Of a DNA stretch of 64,000 bases, positions 1 to 23,700 are shown one piece after another; the stretch's first letter is position 1; each line of letters begins with the position of its first letter. Below the pieces are notes generated by a model. It was not told the origin of the DNA. It saw only the letters and a program-made list of their open reading frames with translations, and ran no database searches. This stretch comes from Antedon mediterranea (taxonomy: Eukaryota; Animalia; Echinodermata). Made by a program: the position numbers and the translations under genes. The stretch is taken from contig NC_092679.1 in the NCBI RefSeq assembly GCF_964355755.1, forward strand, positions 15,545,432 to 15,609,431, in the 5' to 3' direction.

Positions 1-419
1 TGCTCGCTTATTGACGTAACAGTTTTTTGTTTTTTGTTTTTGAATGTGTCATTTTATTGTCACATAATAGTTATTTTACCTGAAAAAAATGCAATTAAAA
101 GCAAAAAATACTTCAATTGTCTGTCAGACAATGTGGTTTTTGAGTTATAATTAAACGTTTCTTTTCTCTTTCTATAATGTGAATTTTGTTACAGAAGTGA
201 ATAACTTTGATATGAAACAGACTCAATTTAGTTTAACAAAAATGTCAAAGTGTAGTACTAACTGCTGCTTGATTTCATCTAATTAATGAGTCATCTCGTG
301 TGACGTAGCGGGCTAGAGCAGCAGCGTGAAAACAAACATGTCAGCATCAGAATAAAAAGATGTCTTTCAAACATTGTCATGGTTCAGACTATCGACTAAT
401 GTAACAACCAGGAGTCTAA

Positions 420-595
420 AGGCCAACTCAGAGAGCTTTGTAAAACAAGTCGTCTTGAGTGCTGTTTGAGTTGCAGCGAGTCTTCTTGAGATAGCATCGG
501 GCATAGTTTTTTGGTCATCGAGAGAACTTTAAACAAGCTTCATTTCTCCAGACAGGACAACTTGTCGTATCCTACGCTGCTGTCTGAGTTGGCCT
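420..595. mobile_element. PIF/Harbinger-type MITE
   Basis: TIR AGGCCAACTCAGA/TCTGAGTTGGCCT, TAA on both flanks. Confidence 0.7.
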
Positions 596-774
596 TAACA
601 CTAGGAAAATGTTTATCAAATAAGTTATTGAAATCGTCAAAGCTTGTATTGTATCACAGAAGGTCAGATTACAGATTTAAAAAAGAGAATTTAACAAGAG
701 TCTCCTTTGGGTCACTCCCTAAATAGGTTAAACAAACTAGCGGCAATATTTAACACTATGGCCAATTCAGTATA

Positions 775-879
775 CAGGGGCGGATCCAGCATTATAGACT
801 TGGGGAGGGGGCAATATTTCATAAAAATGATCCATCAGGTTAAAGGTTATATTTTATCTCCCTGCCTAAATCCACGCCT
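775..879. mobile_element. Short CAGGGGCGGATCCAG-type MITE (related copies near 21577-21757 and 40446-40540)
   Basis: Imperfect TIR CAGGGGCGGAT/ATCCACGCCTG; the same termini recur elsewhere in the window. Confidence 0.5.
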
Positions 880-993
880 GGTGTATAACCCTATAAAAAT
901 AAGTGTCCCAAAGGTGTCCCCTTAAAGGGGTTTTACTAAATTATATATAATTTTAAAAAATATGTTTGTTTTCTGTAGCTGTAAAGAACCTAT

Positions 994-10921
<9,928 letters not shown>

Positions 10922-13900
10922 GTTTGAAAATACATAACCTAGGCCAGGCTAGGATAGCCCAACACTAAATATTGTTCACTTTTAGGCCTACTGGAAGGCC
11001 TCTTCGTTCAGACGATACTGCGGGTTTGATGTGTGCCGTGTCTACGATCCCAGCCTAGCATAAGCGATGATTATAGCCTCATTAAACTTGACTATGCTAG
11101 GCTGAGAGTTCTAAGAAATAACGCACAGTAAATCTATCAATTTAAATAAATAAAATCACAGTGTTTGTTCGTATTTGTAGGTCCTCTTCTTTTTCGGAGA
11201 ACTGATTTTGGATAACTTTTTGTGCAGGACGGACTCAGATTTCTTCTCAACAGAGATGAAATTGTAATATACCGCCCTCAACTACAATAACGACACGTAT
11301 CTTTATTGTGTGTATAACAAGGTTTTCTCTTATCTCTCCATCCATCATCAATGTATAATTCATCCATCCATCAGTCTATATAATTATATTCATACATCCC
11401 CCTCTGTCTGTCAATTCATCAATCAATTCATCCTTTTCATTCAACTGTCTTCTCTTAAATACTATCTGTCAAAATTATTCAATTCCTTTATTCCTTCATT
11501 CATCCATATGATGGGGACTGGTAACTATTTTACAAGAAAAATGAAATTATTTATAAAGTATCTAGTATCAAATTGTATGACGTCTTTGATTGAGGAGCTG
11601 AGGTGAAAACAGGTGGTAATGGGGTACGTCGCAGGGTCCTTTGGAGGGGTGTATTATCCAGGCAATCTTTATCGATATTACATTCAAAGCAATTTTAATT
11701 TGTCCTGCAAATTCCCCTGCTCCACCCAGGAATCTTTTTTTCAAACTGCCTCGTTTTGAGATTTACAAAGCATGTAACACACAAAAGACACATAACAAAA
11801 ACATTCAACATTCTTCAAGATCAGTAATCTTTAATATTAATTTGTGAAGCAGTATGATCGTAACAAAGCCGTTAAAATAAAAACAATAATCGTTACACTG
11901 AGTTATCTAATACAGTAGATCGTCATCGTAAATAGCTGCCTGGCTTTGTCGCGTCATCATACGTGTACGACAACGACAAAACGGCCAAAGCTACAGAACA
12001 TTAGTACAACATGCAAATCAATGAATTCCGTAGAAAATTAAAAATTCCTCGCATACACTCTGCAAACTTGACTGCTATACATAAACATATATATAAATAT
12101 ATATATATTATATAAATATATACAAATGTATTTATGTATTTATATAAATGAAATTACAGAACCAAGAATAAGATATGTTGTACTGTATTACAATACACAT
12201 TACCTCTTATATACGTGATTCTGAACTTTCATTTAACTCATATCATCATATATAGTTAGGCATATTATATAATTTACATAATATACATCATATATATTAA
12301 CATGGGCCTATACAACTAATACATAATCACGATATTTTTATCAATAATTATACATGAATTGTCTATTTTTATGTAACATTTATAAATTACATTTTCAATA
12401 CTTTGTATTGTTGGGTACCTGAGAAAACTAAAATGCCTAGAGACATATTATAAGAACTGGACCATCAACTAGGCGACAGAATAATGGGCACGACTGGTGC
12501 ATCTGATTAGCCGATTTGATGCAGCCATATTGGACAGTCTCTCTACATTGTGATTGCATTGGTGTTGGCAGTCTAGTTCTTAGAATATGTCTTCGAAAAT
12601 GCCACTAAGTGTCTGTACTTAAAAATGGCGTAATGCTGAAGATCAAAAATTAATGCAACTTATGATCACTCTAAATCATATAACATAGTGCATTTGAATA
12701 ACTGTTTATCAGATGGCAGATTACATTTCAATACATACGCACAGTATCAATTTCATTGGTAAATTAAACATTTCATTTTATACAAAATGTGATTATATTA
12801 GTCAACTATATTTGAAACGTAGCAACGTATGTTACCATACTCAGTGAGTATTTTCACAGTATCATGACTAGTGACAATAAACAGACTGCAGTATCATGCT
12901 AGCTGACAGTAACAGGGCCATACCATAGCACACATCTCCTAAATATTAAGTTACACATAACTCTCTAAATAACCTCTCACTATACAAAATATACAAACGA
13001 CCATGCTTTGAACCCCGGTCTTCAGATTAGAAAGCTAAAGCATCAAACAATCTCTGGCTGGCACTGAATAGTGTTATCTAATATGGGATGATGTTTGCTG
13101 TCATGAGACACAAAACTGTATACTGTTTATTGTCACCAGACATGATACTGTACATGTATCAAGTGATTAATTTCAAATATATGGAGAATATACTGCATTT
13201 TTAACATGGACAAAACATAACAGTAAATTGGAATCTGACTTTCTGGGCCAGCCTAAGGTGGTCCTGTTTTGGGAGAGTTAAATGTACGTCATTCTGTTTC
13301 ACAATGAAATCCTAAGCGGTCGTGTACTTTTCTATTCCTTCTTTAACAGTACAATATTACAGTACATTCCCGTTCATAATCTTACATTTTTTGTCAAGAG
13401 TTTTTGTAATATATTTTAGTCAGAAAGAGGGTTGTGCGTCTATGACGATTTGACAATGTGTAAGGCACTACATATCCAGTGGGACTATGTATTGAATTTA
13501 CATTGATAGATCAATCAATAAATTCATTCAGTTTATCAAATATTAAAATGTAAGTACCACAAAATAATAAGCATTTTAAGGAAACCTTAATGACATCACA
13601 GCAAATATATTTAAAAAGAAACAATTTACTAAAAAAATTGCTTTTCAAAACAGTGTACCCTTATAAATATCTATGCATGTTTTAATAACATGCAGGGAAA
13701 CCCCCTACCCTATATCCTCGATAGTGATTGGCTGAATTAACTTCTTCAATTAATTCAAATATACAACAATAATAACCAACACACTATGGATTTCTTTAGT
13801 CTTGCGTACTAATTACAATGCCAGTATACGACCATAGAACACGTCTAAAAGAAAAATCAACACGCATCATGTACTCTATAACATCTTTAGCTAAAATCTA

Positions 13901-15407
13901 CCAAATGCTGACATATTTTACACAATCTATATCATACACAAATAAATTCTTATTCATTGACCTACAAATAAATAAAAATATATATACAATAAATTAACAT
14001 ATAACAAACAAAATCAGTGAAATAAACTGCAACGTGTTCAGCGCCAGGTCTTATTTATGCTACTACATAATCACTTTCTTTTTATTTAAATGTTTAGTAA
14101 TATTTATTATTTAACACACCAATTAATTTTAAAAGGATTGAATGGGGGAGAGAATTTGCCTTCACAACAGCCATATTCGAAGGGACTTGGGTAGCTCCAT
14201 TGAGAAACCAGCAGGGGCCCATATGTTTATTATAAGCATTGATATTGATATAGAATCATTATTAAGTCAACCTATATGCTATATGCCTTTTAACATGAGC
14301 ACAACAGTTGAGATTAATTGACTTAATTAACTGTTTCTCTGTTTTATCAGGAAAGAGTGAGACTCGCTCTTCCCTGTTTTGATATACAATTATCTTTACA
14401 TACATGTGGTTGCATGATCTACGCACAGATGAGTATCACTGCCTGATCTATATTGTACAGAAGACAAAACATCATTGTCAACTTCTTTCACATGTGCGAG
14501 TCCAAGCTGACTGGCCAGCCACAGATGAATATGCTAATTATCTTTTGAATATTCATGAACTGTCACCTTACATTGCTACTGGTCTTTGAAACATGAACTA
14601 ACGTGTAGTTTTTTGGTATGATAGGGCGCAATTATTGACAGCAAACAGCGTTTTGTAGATAATATGTAATAATGTAGATGTAAATTGCCATACAGTACCA
14701 GGATATATGCTTATGTAGACAAATATATGTCATAGTTCAATTATCAAAGTGCTTTTCAGAAGTCATCCAAATGAAATCATTAACGGTTATGTTGTATGTA
14801 TACAGCTACCTCTATAATTTCTGGGCACAAAACGTTTCCATTAAATCAACTTAAACGAAACAACATGCATATAAGACTTGGTAGATGTGTAGTCATTATT
14901 CCAGGCATCTAAAAATCCTTTTAGTGAATACAGAACCCTTAGAAGTAGTGGGATATGCAACTGTATGCATCAGTTTGTTTTGCTTGCCACGACACACTCT
15001 AACATTTACAACACAATCCACCATGTTAAGTGTAATGCGTAATTATGTACGAATTCTTTGGAACAGCGCAGATACTCGGATTGCAATCGTTGCGAGACAG
15101 TATTACCTCCAATTATTTAAAACATGTTTATACATACACTGTACTATGACGAAATAAATTGATTGGAGAGGGGTGGGATTGAAGACATGGGTTATATTAC
15201 ACTGGTTTCGTTCCTGTCCATGGGAAGGAAAATGTTGTGTTTAAAAATACACAGTGTGTCTATGAGACTGCCTTAATGGACATGTCATTACGTGCTTGTA
15301 GGTGTGTCATGGGTTTCCCTTTACCCTATGGGAAGGGGTTCCCTAAGGTATGGGAAGGGTAAACCCAACAACATGTTCTGCAATCAACTGCCAAGCAAAC
15401 ACATCCA

Positions 15408-15498
15408 TTATTTGGCATTAGAATTCGCTTTGTTATTCATCTCCAATTTGCTTAGTTTTTTCCAAAGTTCATCTCTATCTTTTTCTTTTTTCTTCTCT
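15408..15498 (-). CDS. PPP2R5E: B56 last coding exon ([15 protein letters not shown]...NAK-stop)
   Basis: TTTCAG acceptor, conserved EKxREELW-type motif, TAA. Confidence 0.92.
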
Positions 15499-17666
15499 CT
15501 GAAAAAACAATAAATATACAAATGAATAGATGACAGTATTTAATTAAATAGAACAGTTAAGCCTTTAACTCATGAAAATATTCTTCCATTTTAACCCATA
15601 TGAACATTCATTATTTGTAAACTCTGGTTACGAGTGTAAAGCTCTGTCTACACTATCAAACTTTATGTGACAAAAAATGTGATGTGCCCATATGATGATG
15701 TCATATCACTGCCATATTTGGGCATATCACTACCACATTTGGACACATCACACTTCTTTTGTCAAACTAGTTTGATAGTGTAGACAGAGCTTTACACACT
15801 TCACACACTAGAATGCTAGCTGAAATTTGTAATTCATATTTCTAGAATTTTGGTTCTAATCACTTACTTTTGTCGGTCCAACTTGTAATTTGCGGTTAAT
15901 TCATCAAATAGTTTACTATGCATTTCCATAAAAGTTTTGAGCACATTGTAAACCAAGGCCACTATTGTCCTAAAAATAAATAAATGCAACAAATTCAGTA
16001 CAAATAACTTATTAGGAGAAACTGAACTAAAATAAATATATGTAAAATAGATTTTAATATATCCATGATATCTCAACTTGAAAAAGCGAAATATCGAGAG
16101 AATTTATGAAAGCATATCTAAACAAAAGAGGGTACTATATAATTGAATAGATTAAACGATAGAGGGTGATATAAACTAAATTGTAGGCATCAAATCTATA
16201 GTAAACAGTGGATATGCCAGATGTTTTTCAGATGCGGCAAAGGCGGAAATCTGTTGAGAAACACAACAAACTTTTACGATAAAAATGGCTAAGGTTGGAC
16301 TAACCACTAGAATGCTAGCTCATATTCAGGGGGAAAATGGCAAAAGGCTTCCTACTTTCTAGGAATTTATTAGATAGTCTATATTGTTTTGACGACGCTT
16401 AACTCCCTTTCAAACATAACCACAGTGTCGATTTTGCCATTTTTCCTCTAACTGAGCCGAAATTAGTTTGAAAATATTAGGCCAAAAAAAAAAAAATAGT
16501 TTGTTTGCTGTCATCCGCCGCCCCTAATTTCGCCAAAAATTTGGGGCAGAAATAAGAAAAAGTTTTTTTTTTTAGGTTGAGGGCGCTTTAAAAAAAAAAA
16601 ATTTTTATTATTTTTTTTGGCCGAAAAGGTGTAAAAATCGAGTGTGCGAGGATGAAACAATAAAAATAATAACGTAGCGTATATTTCGGTGTATAATCGC
16701 ACTTTTGACATGCAAATTTAACCTCTAAATTAAGGGTGCGTCTTATACACCGAACATAAATGCCTCAACACACAGATATCGCCACCTCGTTGGCTAGGCC
16801 TGGGCTTTTTAAGGTAAGGCCTATTAGTATTACTAAAGTCTAAAGAGTAGGCCTAGCCTAGCTACAGTGTACTAGCGTAACAGCAACCTGCTAGTTTTCA
16901 AGGCATTTTAGCGTGATTTTGTACTAAATATGATGAAAAGATTTGTTCATTATGGAGCTGTTTTTTAGGCGCTCCGATAAAATTTCATTTGAAAACGACG
17001 TTTACGATTGGAATAGTATTATAGTTATACGCACGACCGTCGTACCCCCAGCGCGAGCGAGCCCTTCTTGGCAACCACATTGTTTACACAGTATTCGACT
17101 AGTATATTCTCCAGTTGATTATAGCATAGACCTAGCGTACACACTTCAGGATACATAGATACTAATCGAATACGATTTTCCGTGAAAACGTGCGCCTCTC
17201 GATAAAAGGATCGAGCGAGGCTAGCCCACACACACGTGCGGTCATGCACTCGATGTTGCGGGTGCGAAACTCATTCATAACAAGTTAGAAAGAACTGACG
17301 GAATGGGGGACTTCCCTTCTTGTTGAGGCTACTGGGCGCGGCCGTCTTATACATCGACGATATACAAAATACCGATATTTTACTCTCAGTTAGGGGTCGG
17401 GTGCGTCTTATTATACACAGGTGCGACTTATACACCGAAACATACGGTACACTAACTTCTAAAAATTAAAATATTTAATTAGGCCTGCTAACAACGACCT
17501 ACTGTGTAGTAGTAGGCCTAGCCTAGGCTAGTTTAGACACGGGGCCTAACGCGCCCAAAACAGAATTAAAGTGTGAAACAAATTATGAATAGATGTTTGA
17601 GCTCGTTGTTTTATTCAGTGTGTTTTGTTACTCTCAAATTCGCGAGCAATTAACAGAGAAATTAAC

Positions 17667-17708
<42 letters not shown>

Positions 17709-20700
17709 TTTTTCCACCCGCCCCCCCCCCCCCCTACCAAAAAAAAAAAAAACTTGACAGCAAACAAACAATTTTTTTTTTAGGCCTTATAACAATATCC
17801 TAGATTTATATAGCCCCTAATGTTGTGAAACCTCTAAGCGCTGTACATAAACTAATACGATTAAAGGGATTCCGACCATGCCACAAAAAAACCCAAACCG
17901 AAGTAAGGGGATACGCCCTCGTCGCTAACCAGGGAGCAGTCTAATTGAACCCCCGGTCAGTACCAGGGGCCGGATTTATCAAACTTGCTTAGCAAAAAAA
18001 TCGTCTTAACTTTGCCTTAAATCCTTGATTTTGCCTAAGTCAGATTTATCAATATATCTAAGCAAAAAAATTTGCTTAATTTTGTCTTAAATCTAAGACA
18101 AACAACACCCTGCCTTAAGATGAAAAATTTCGTCTTATCTCATTTCTGCAACAGAAACATTCTTTTTTGACAACGCGAGCGCGCTAGGCCGGAACATTGA
18201 ACATTCGGAAAGGCTACGCTAGTGCGTTTTCCGCTGTACTACGGACGCTAAAATAATGATATCGATCTTCATAAAGATGGCCTAGAAATTGGACGAGCAA
18301 AACTAATATTTTCGGGATAGGTACGACCTAATTGACTAACTTTTAGAAAACTGTATCGGCTGCCAAGGGTCGCTGTCATTGATAAAAATAAATAAATGTT
18401 GATTTGATTTAAGTTTAGAGCGAATGATTTTCGTATGTATTTCCGACTGTTGTGCTCTTTCTCTATTTTAAGTAATAAAAACAATAGTAGCCAGAATGCG
18501 CCCTCTCTTGTTGGGAGTGAAAATACGGAGATCAAATGTTATAGCGCCGCCATCGCTAAGAGAAAAAAGGTAATACGCATGCGTAAGCAAGAATTTTTCC
18601 TCTTAAGACATAATTTGCTGCCCTCTAGAGTTTAATTTTGCGCATGTGCAAAGTAAAATTTACCTAAGACAATTTTTCTGCTAAGACATTGCTAAGACGG
18701 TTTGATAAATAAGATTAAGTTATTTGCTTAAGCACTTCTTAAATATTTCACCTTAAGCAAAAATATAAGCAAATATTGATAAATGCCAACCCAGTTGTGT
18801 CTTGGTCATCCCGGACTCAAAAGCAGTTTAACCATTGCACTTACTGATTCCAATGATCCTTTGATATCCTATAGAGACTTGGGAACATAATTGGCATTAC
18901 AACGTTAGAATTCTCTTCAATCAGACTGAGTACATACTCATTATTCCAAAAGTATAATGCACGTTCAGCAACCTAAACGAGAGAGATCATAATACTATGT
19001 TATAATTATTTCTTTATACAGCCTCTTCAGTCATAGACTGTTCTCCCAAAGGGCCCAGTAATGATAAGTGACTGTGTGTGTACAGGTACACTCGTCTCAA
19101 AAGATGTACTGGGTCCTTTAAAGTGCACATGAGCTAAATGTGTACACTGGACCTACGGTTTATAGTCCTTATCCGAGAAGATTCGTTCTATTACCAGAAC
19201 CGTGGCAAGAGTGAGCCTCGAACCCTTGCCAATATTATGGCTATGTTATTAAAGAAAAATATCCTGATATGAGAGCATGTTATATTGTACTAAGAAATTT
19301 AAAGCATTGTTAATTGTTCATTTAATATGTATACGTTAAATTATATGCAATTTATTTTCTATGGACTAGGAATTAAAAGATTGTTTGAATGGAAACAAAA
19401 ACGAAAAGCATACATGGGTAAGAAATGTCCTTGACATGACAAACAATCTACACACTGACAAAAGTGCTTTAGTGAAGGGGGCGCCATGCAGCCTAGCATT
19501 TAAGATAATATCTAGCCTACACAGCACTTATAGATAACAGAGAAAGAAGCATTATTTGTCTGTGTTTAATGTGAGTGAAGCCAGTGTCAGTCAAAACACA
19601 TAGAATAAGATGGTAGAGTGAAAAGGTTCTTGCATTATGAGTGAAGTTGGTGATCCACACTATCATCATACTATCAAATTGACGTTTCACAATAAACAAA
19701 AAAAATATTTCACTCTGCATGTGAAACCGTTAATCTATCCTACACATGTTTAACTCTTTGAATAATGGGGCAATAAAATACTACTACTCTACCTTCAACA
19801 TGAGTGAATTTGGTGTCACTGGGCTTAGGTTTTAAGTTATCTAGTCTGCACAGGGCATTTAACTCATCAAGCGCAGGGGAAAGAACTACTTCTGTATCTA
19901 CCTCCAACATGAGAGAATTTGGTGCCAGTTCGCCTAGCATTTAGGCTATCTAGCCTACACAGGGTAACTCGGTGAAGATGGGGCAGAAACTACTTTCTTT
20001 TACCTCGAATGTGAGTGAATTCGGTGCCAATGAGCCTAGCATTGAAGTTATCTAGTCTGCACAGGGCCTGTAACTCATCAAATGAAGAGGCAAGAACTAC
20101 TTTTATATCTACCTCCCACACAAGTGAATTTGGTGCCAGTGAGCCTAGCATTTAGGTTATCTAGCCTGCACCGGGTTTTTAACTCAGTGAAAGATGGGCC
20201 AGGAACTACTTTCTTTTACCACCAACTTGAGTGAATTTGGTGCCAGTGAGCCTAGCATTGAAGTTATCTAGCCTGCACAGGGTATGTAACTCAATGAATG
20301 ATAGGGCAAGAAGTATGTTTGCCTCACTACATCCCTGGGGATATTATTACTCACCAAGTCAAGGTTAACGCAACGATAGTCCAATTTATTTTTCTACATG
20401 TTAGGATTTATTTAACTAAAGTTTGACTAGTGTGTGTAATCCTTGAATATGTTACAAGTTATAATGTACATGTGTATTTGATGATATGCATATGAAATGT
20501 ACATGTTTAGTGATACATGTCATCACTGATGAATCACATGTTTAAATTAGCCTACTGGAAAACTAATCCAGGTTGTCAAATCTAAAAATTGTCAGGCAAA
20601 GTCAGTAAAAGTTTCTCTTACTTGGTAGTCACAGAAAGTAAAATTTAATCATCAAAATTAATATCAATTAGCTCTGAGAGTCAACAGAATGTTGTTAATT

Positions 20701-23700
20701 TAGTAGAAGGGTAGTTTTAACAATAGTAGAATCTCTATTAATGCTTGGTTCTCACTAGAACGCAACACAAGGAAGTAGATGCTACGCAAGAGAGTTGACC
20801 AATGACAAGCGACAGTTTGAATAGTCCATTGATTGTGATTGGTCAACTCGCTTACATTGCGCTTACGCCCTTGCGTTGCGTCCTAGTGGGAACCAAGCTT
20901 AAGGGGACATTTTTAGGACCTACTTATATTCACATAATAGTGGTATCCCCCTCTAGTGGTATTTTATAGGAAAGTGTTTAATAAGGTTCTTATTCCTTTT
21001 AAACAATTTACCATAATATGAATTACTGTAAGATGGTCAATGAGTTTTTTTTAAGCAAAACAATCCAGTTATTTGTTTTCTATGTAAATTTGTTTTTACT
21101 TTATTATTGATTCTAGTAACAATTTTTAATTGTGTTATAATCAAAATGAGTATACATTTAAAAATAGAAAATCTTTAAAAAAAAATCTACCAATCTGACC
21201 AATAACCTTTGACCTTAGTCGGTACTACCCCTAAATATTTACCTGGAAATGAGGACTGGATACGCATCTAGCAAGTTGCTTGAATAGAATGCCTTGAATC
21301 TTGACAAACTGTATTGGTTCAATTACATCAAGAATCTCCTCAATTTCCCCAAGGTACATCACCTATGACAAGATAACGAGAGTGTCATCACCAAGAAATT
21401 ACCCAACCTTATCATTTTCTCTAATAAAACAGATTTATGACATTTTTAAAAAATATTATAATTCTTATTCTACGGTATTATTCATTTATATTCCACAAAT
21501 ACACACAAATAAATAGTGCTGCTCAGGTAGGCGATATTTTTTAATTAAATGTATTATTTTATTCATTTCATCAGGGATAGGGGAGGATCCAGCGTTATAG
21601 ATTAAGGGGGGGCCTAAATATTTCATAAATGATAAAAGCGATCAGTCAGGTTGCAGAAAAATAAAAATAGTCATTATTTTATTTTTAATAAGATATGGCT
21701 GTTAAATTTTAGGGGGGAGGGCTAAAGCCTGTTTCGCCCCGCCTAAATCCACCCCTGAGGGACCATGTCAACATTATTCTACTGCAGTAAATACATTTTT
21801 TAAACTCTTTATCCTGTTTATGAGTTATCATACCTATTGCTTATTGCAGTGATTAACTGTAAAATTAAAACAAACTAAAATTATACATATTTTATAAACA
21901 CAATGTAGTTGCAGTAACTGCAGTAAAATAATTTTAACATGAACCCTTATATCAATAATTTGTTGTTTAACTAAAAATTATATATAAAACATCTTTGACA
22001 CAAAGAAGTAGAATGCCAGTCATTATAAAAAAAAACTGGAGTGTCAGTCATAATATTACTCCCAAGGTGCCGTGGGCTAAAAACAGGTAGCTATTTCAAA
22101 TTGACAATCCTCTTTGCCAAGCTGTCGAATGACATATCCCAATCTGTCAAGGGAGACAAGATAATGTAGGCTGGTAAATTTAAATACATCAACCAACAAA
22201 TGCATGATAGTTTCCTAACGAATCATATCACAGAAATGATGTCGTATAACGAATCTAAAAGGTAAGCCAGTGGATTTTGAAATACAGGCTGTAGACACAC
22301 AGGAAAAAAACAATTACAGATATTCAACCGTCTTAAAATGTCAACTAGCTTAAAAACCACCCAAGGAATAATAAATGTATGAGCGTTTAAGGTAAAAAAA
22401 CGAAAAAAATCAAATTCAATCATTGGTGAAAGAATGACATTTATCCAAATTTGTCATTACATGGATAGACACATATTTCTCTTTTTCTGTCAGTTTATAT
22501 AATTATTTTTAAACCAAGAATGTTTTAATATATTATGATATCTATTCTGCAAGCTTAGAGAATTTTAAAATAAATTGATTTAGCATTTCCTTAAAATGTA
22601 GATTGCATATCGATATTTTAATGTCTGTCTTTAATCTTTAATATCTTGAATCATATAATTATGAATAAAGGATGCTGACCCCCACAACAGACATGCTTTT
22701 TAAATACACAGAATAATAATGGCAATTGACGAGTGCAATTTAGAATTTAAAGTAAGAATATTATTAAATTTAAAACGGTTTGCGTCAATGATTAATTTAA
22801 CAACTCTGAAAATAAAATGAATTTATCAATCCATTAAAAAAAAATTGTTATAGATTTATTTTAATAGAATGTATAACAAATCACATTGGTGAATCCTTGC
22901 CATTTGATTGGTTAATTTCATATCACATGCCATGCATTATATTCTCCCATTTCAATGATTAAAGTTATACTATTACATGGTCAACGTTTTATAAAAAAAG
23001 ATAATTAGTTTTTGTAGGCCTGAATATTGAGGGAAACCAGACAGAGTGCGCCATCTATACCTATTTATTCTACATGGCTAAAATATAAAAATGTCAAATT
23101 ATTTGACTGAGGCGCTTGTTTAACTATAAGCAGATATTCAACTTCGCAATTGATTCGACAGAGCCGCTTTTTCAACATAGGGGATGTTTCGACTGAGAAA
23201 TTAATATAGCTGACGAGTTATGTGTAACAAAATGTGATATTTATCATCTTTCTTCCATAGTATTAGTCAGGAATTATAAAGTATATGACTAATAATAAAA
23301 GAAATGACTAACAATATACTATTTAACAATCTTCCGCTTTAAATCGATAAGGCTGTTAAAAACTTGATTGAAATCTATGAATTTGACCACGCTTTGAAAA
23401 AACTATTGCTGCAATACCATTTCTATTCATCATGAATTTAAAATAAATGTAAATTAACAATTATCTATTTTGTAAAATTTTAATTATTAAAAAAATTAAT
23501 GATTATTTTCAAGTTGTTGTGCTGGACACCATACAATGGTCAAAAATTGATTTCTATAAATAGCCGTTTAAATTGTAAAAGTAATAATTTAATTAAAAAC
23601 TAATTACCTCAGCTACCGTACTGTTGCTAATAAACGCCCCGGGGGCATCGCATTTTTTTTTTTTTTTAAGGGGGGGGGGGGGGGTTATTGGAGGTGAATT

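Noticed and set aside
11270-11640. ACGT-core motifs as UPRE/ERSE upstream of SEL1L
   Set aside because: No full TGACGTGG or CCAAT-N9-CCACG match, and the transcription start is unknown
17669-17755. Long poly-A and poly-C runs suggesting a retrocopy tail
   Set aside because: They lie inside the homopolymer-rich end of a TIR element with no upstream processed gene; run lengths may be sequencing-inflated
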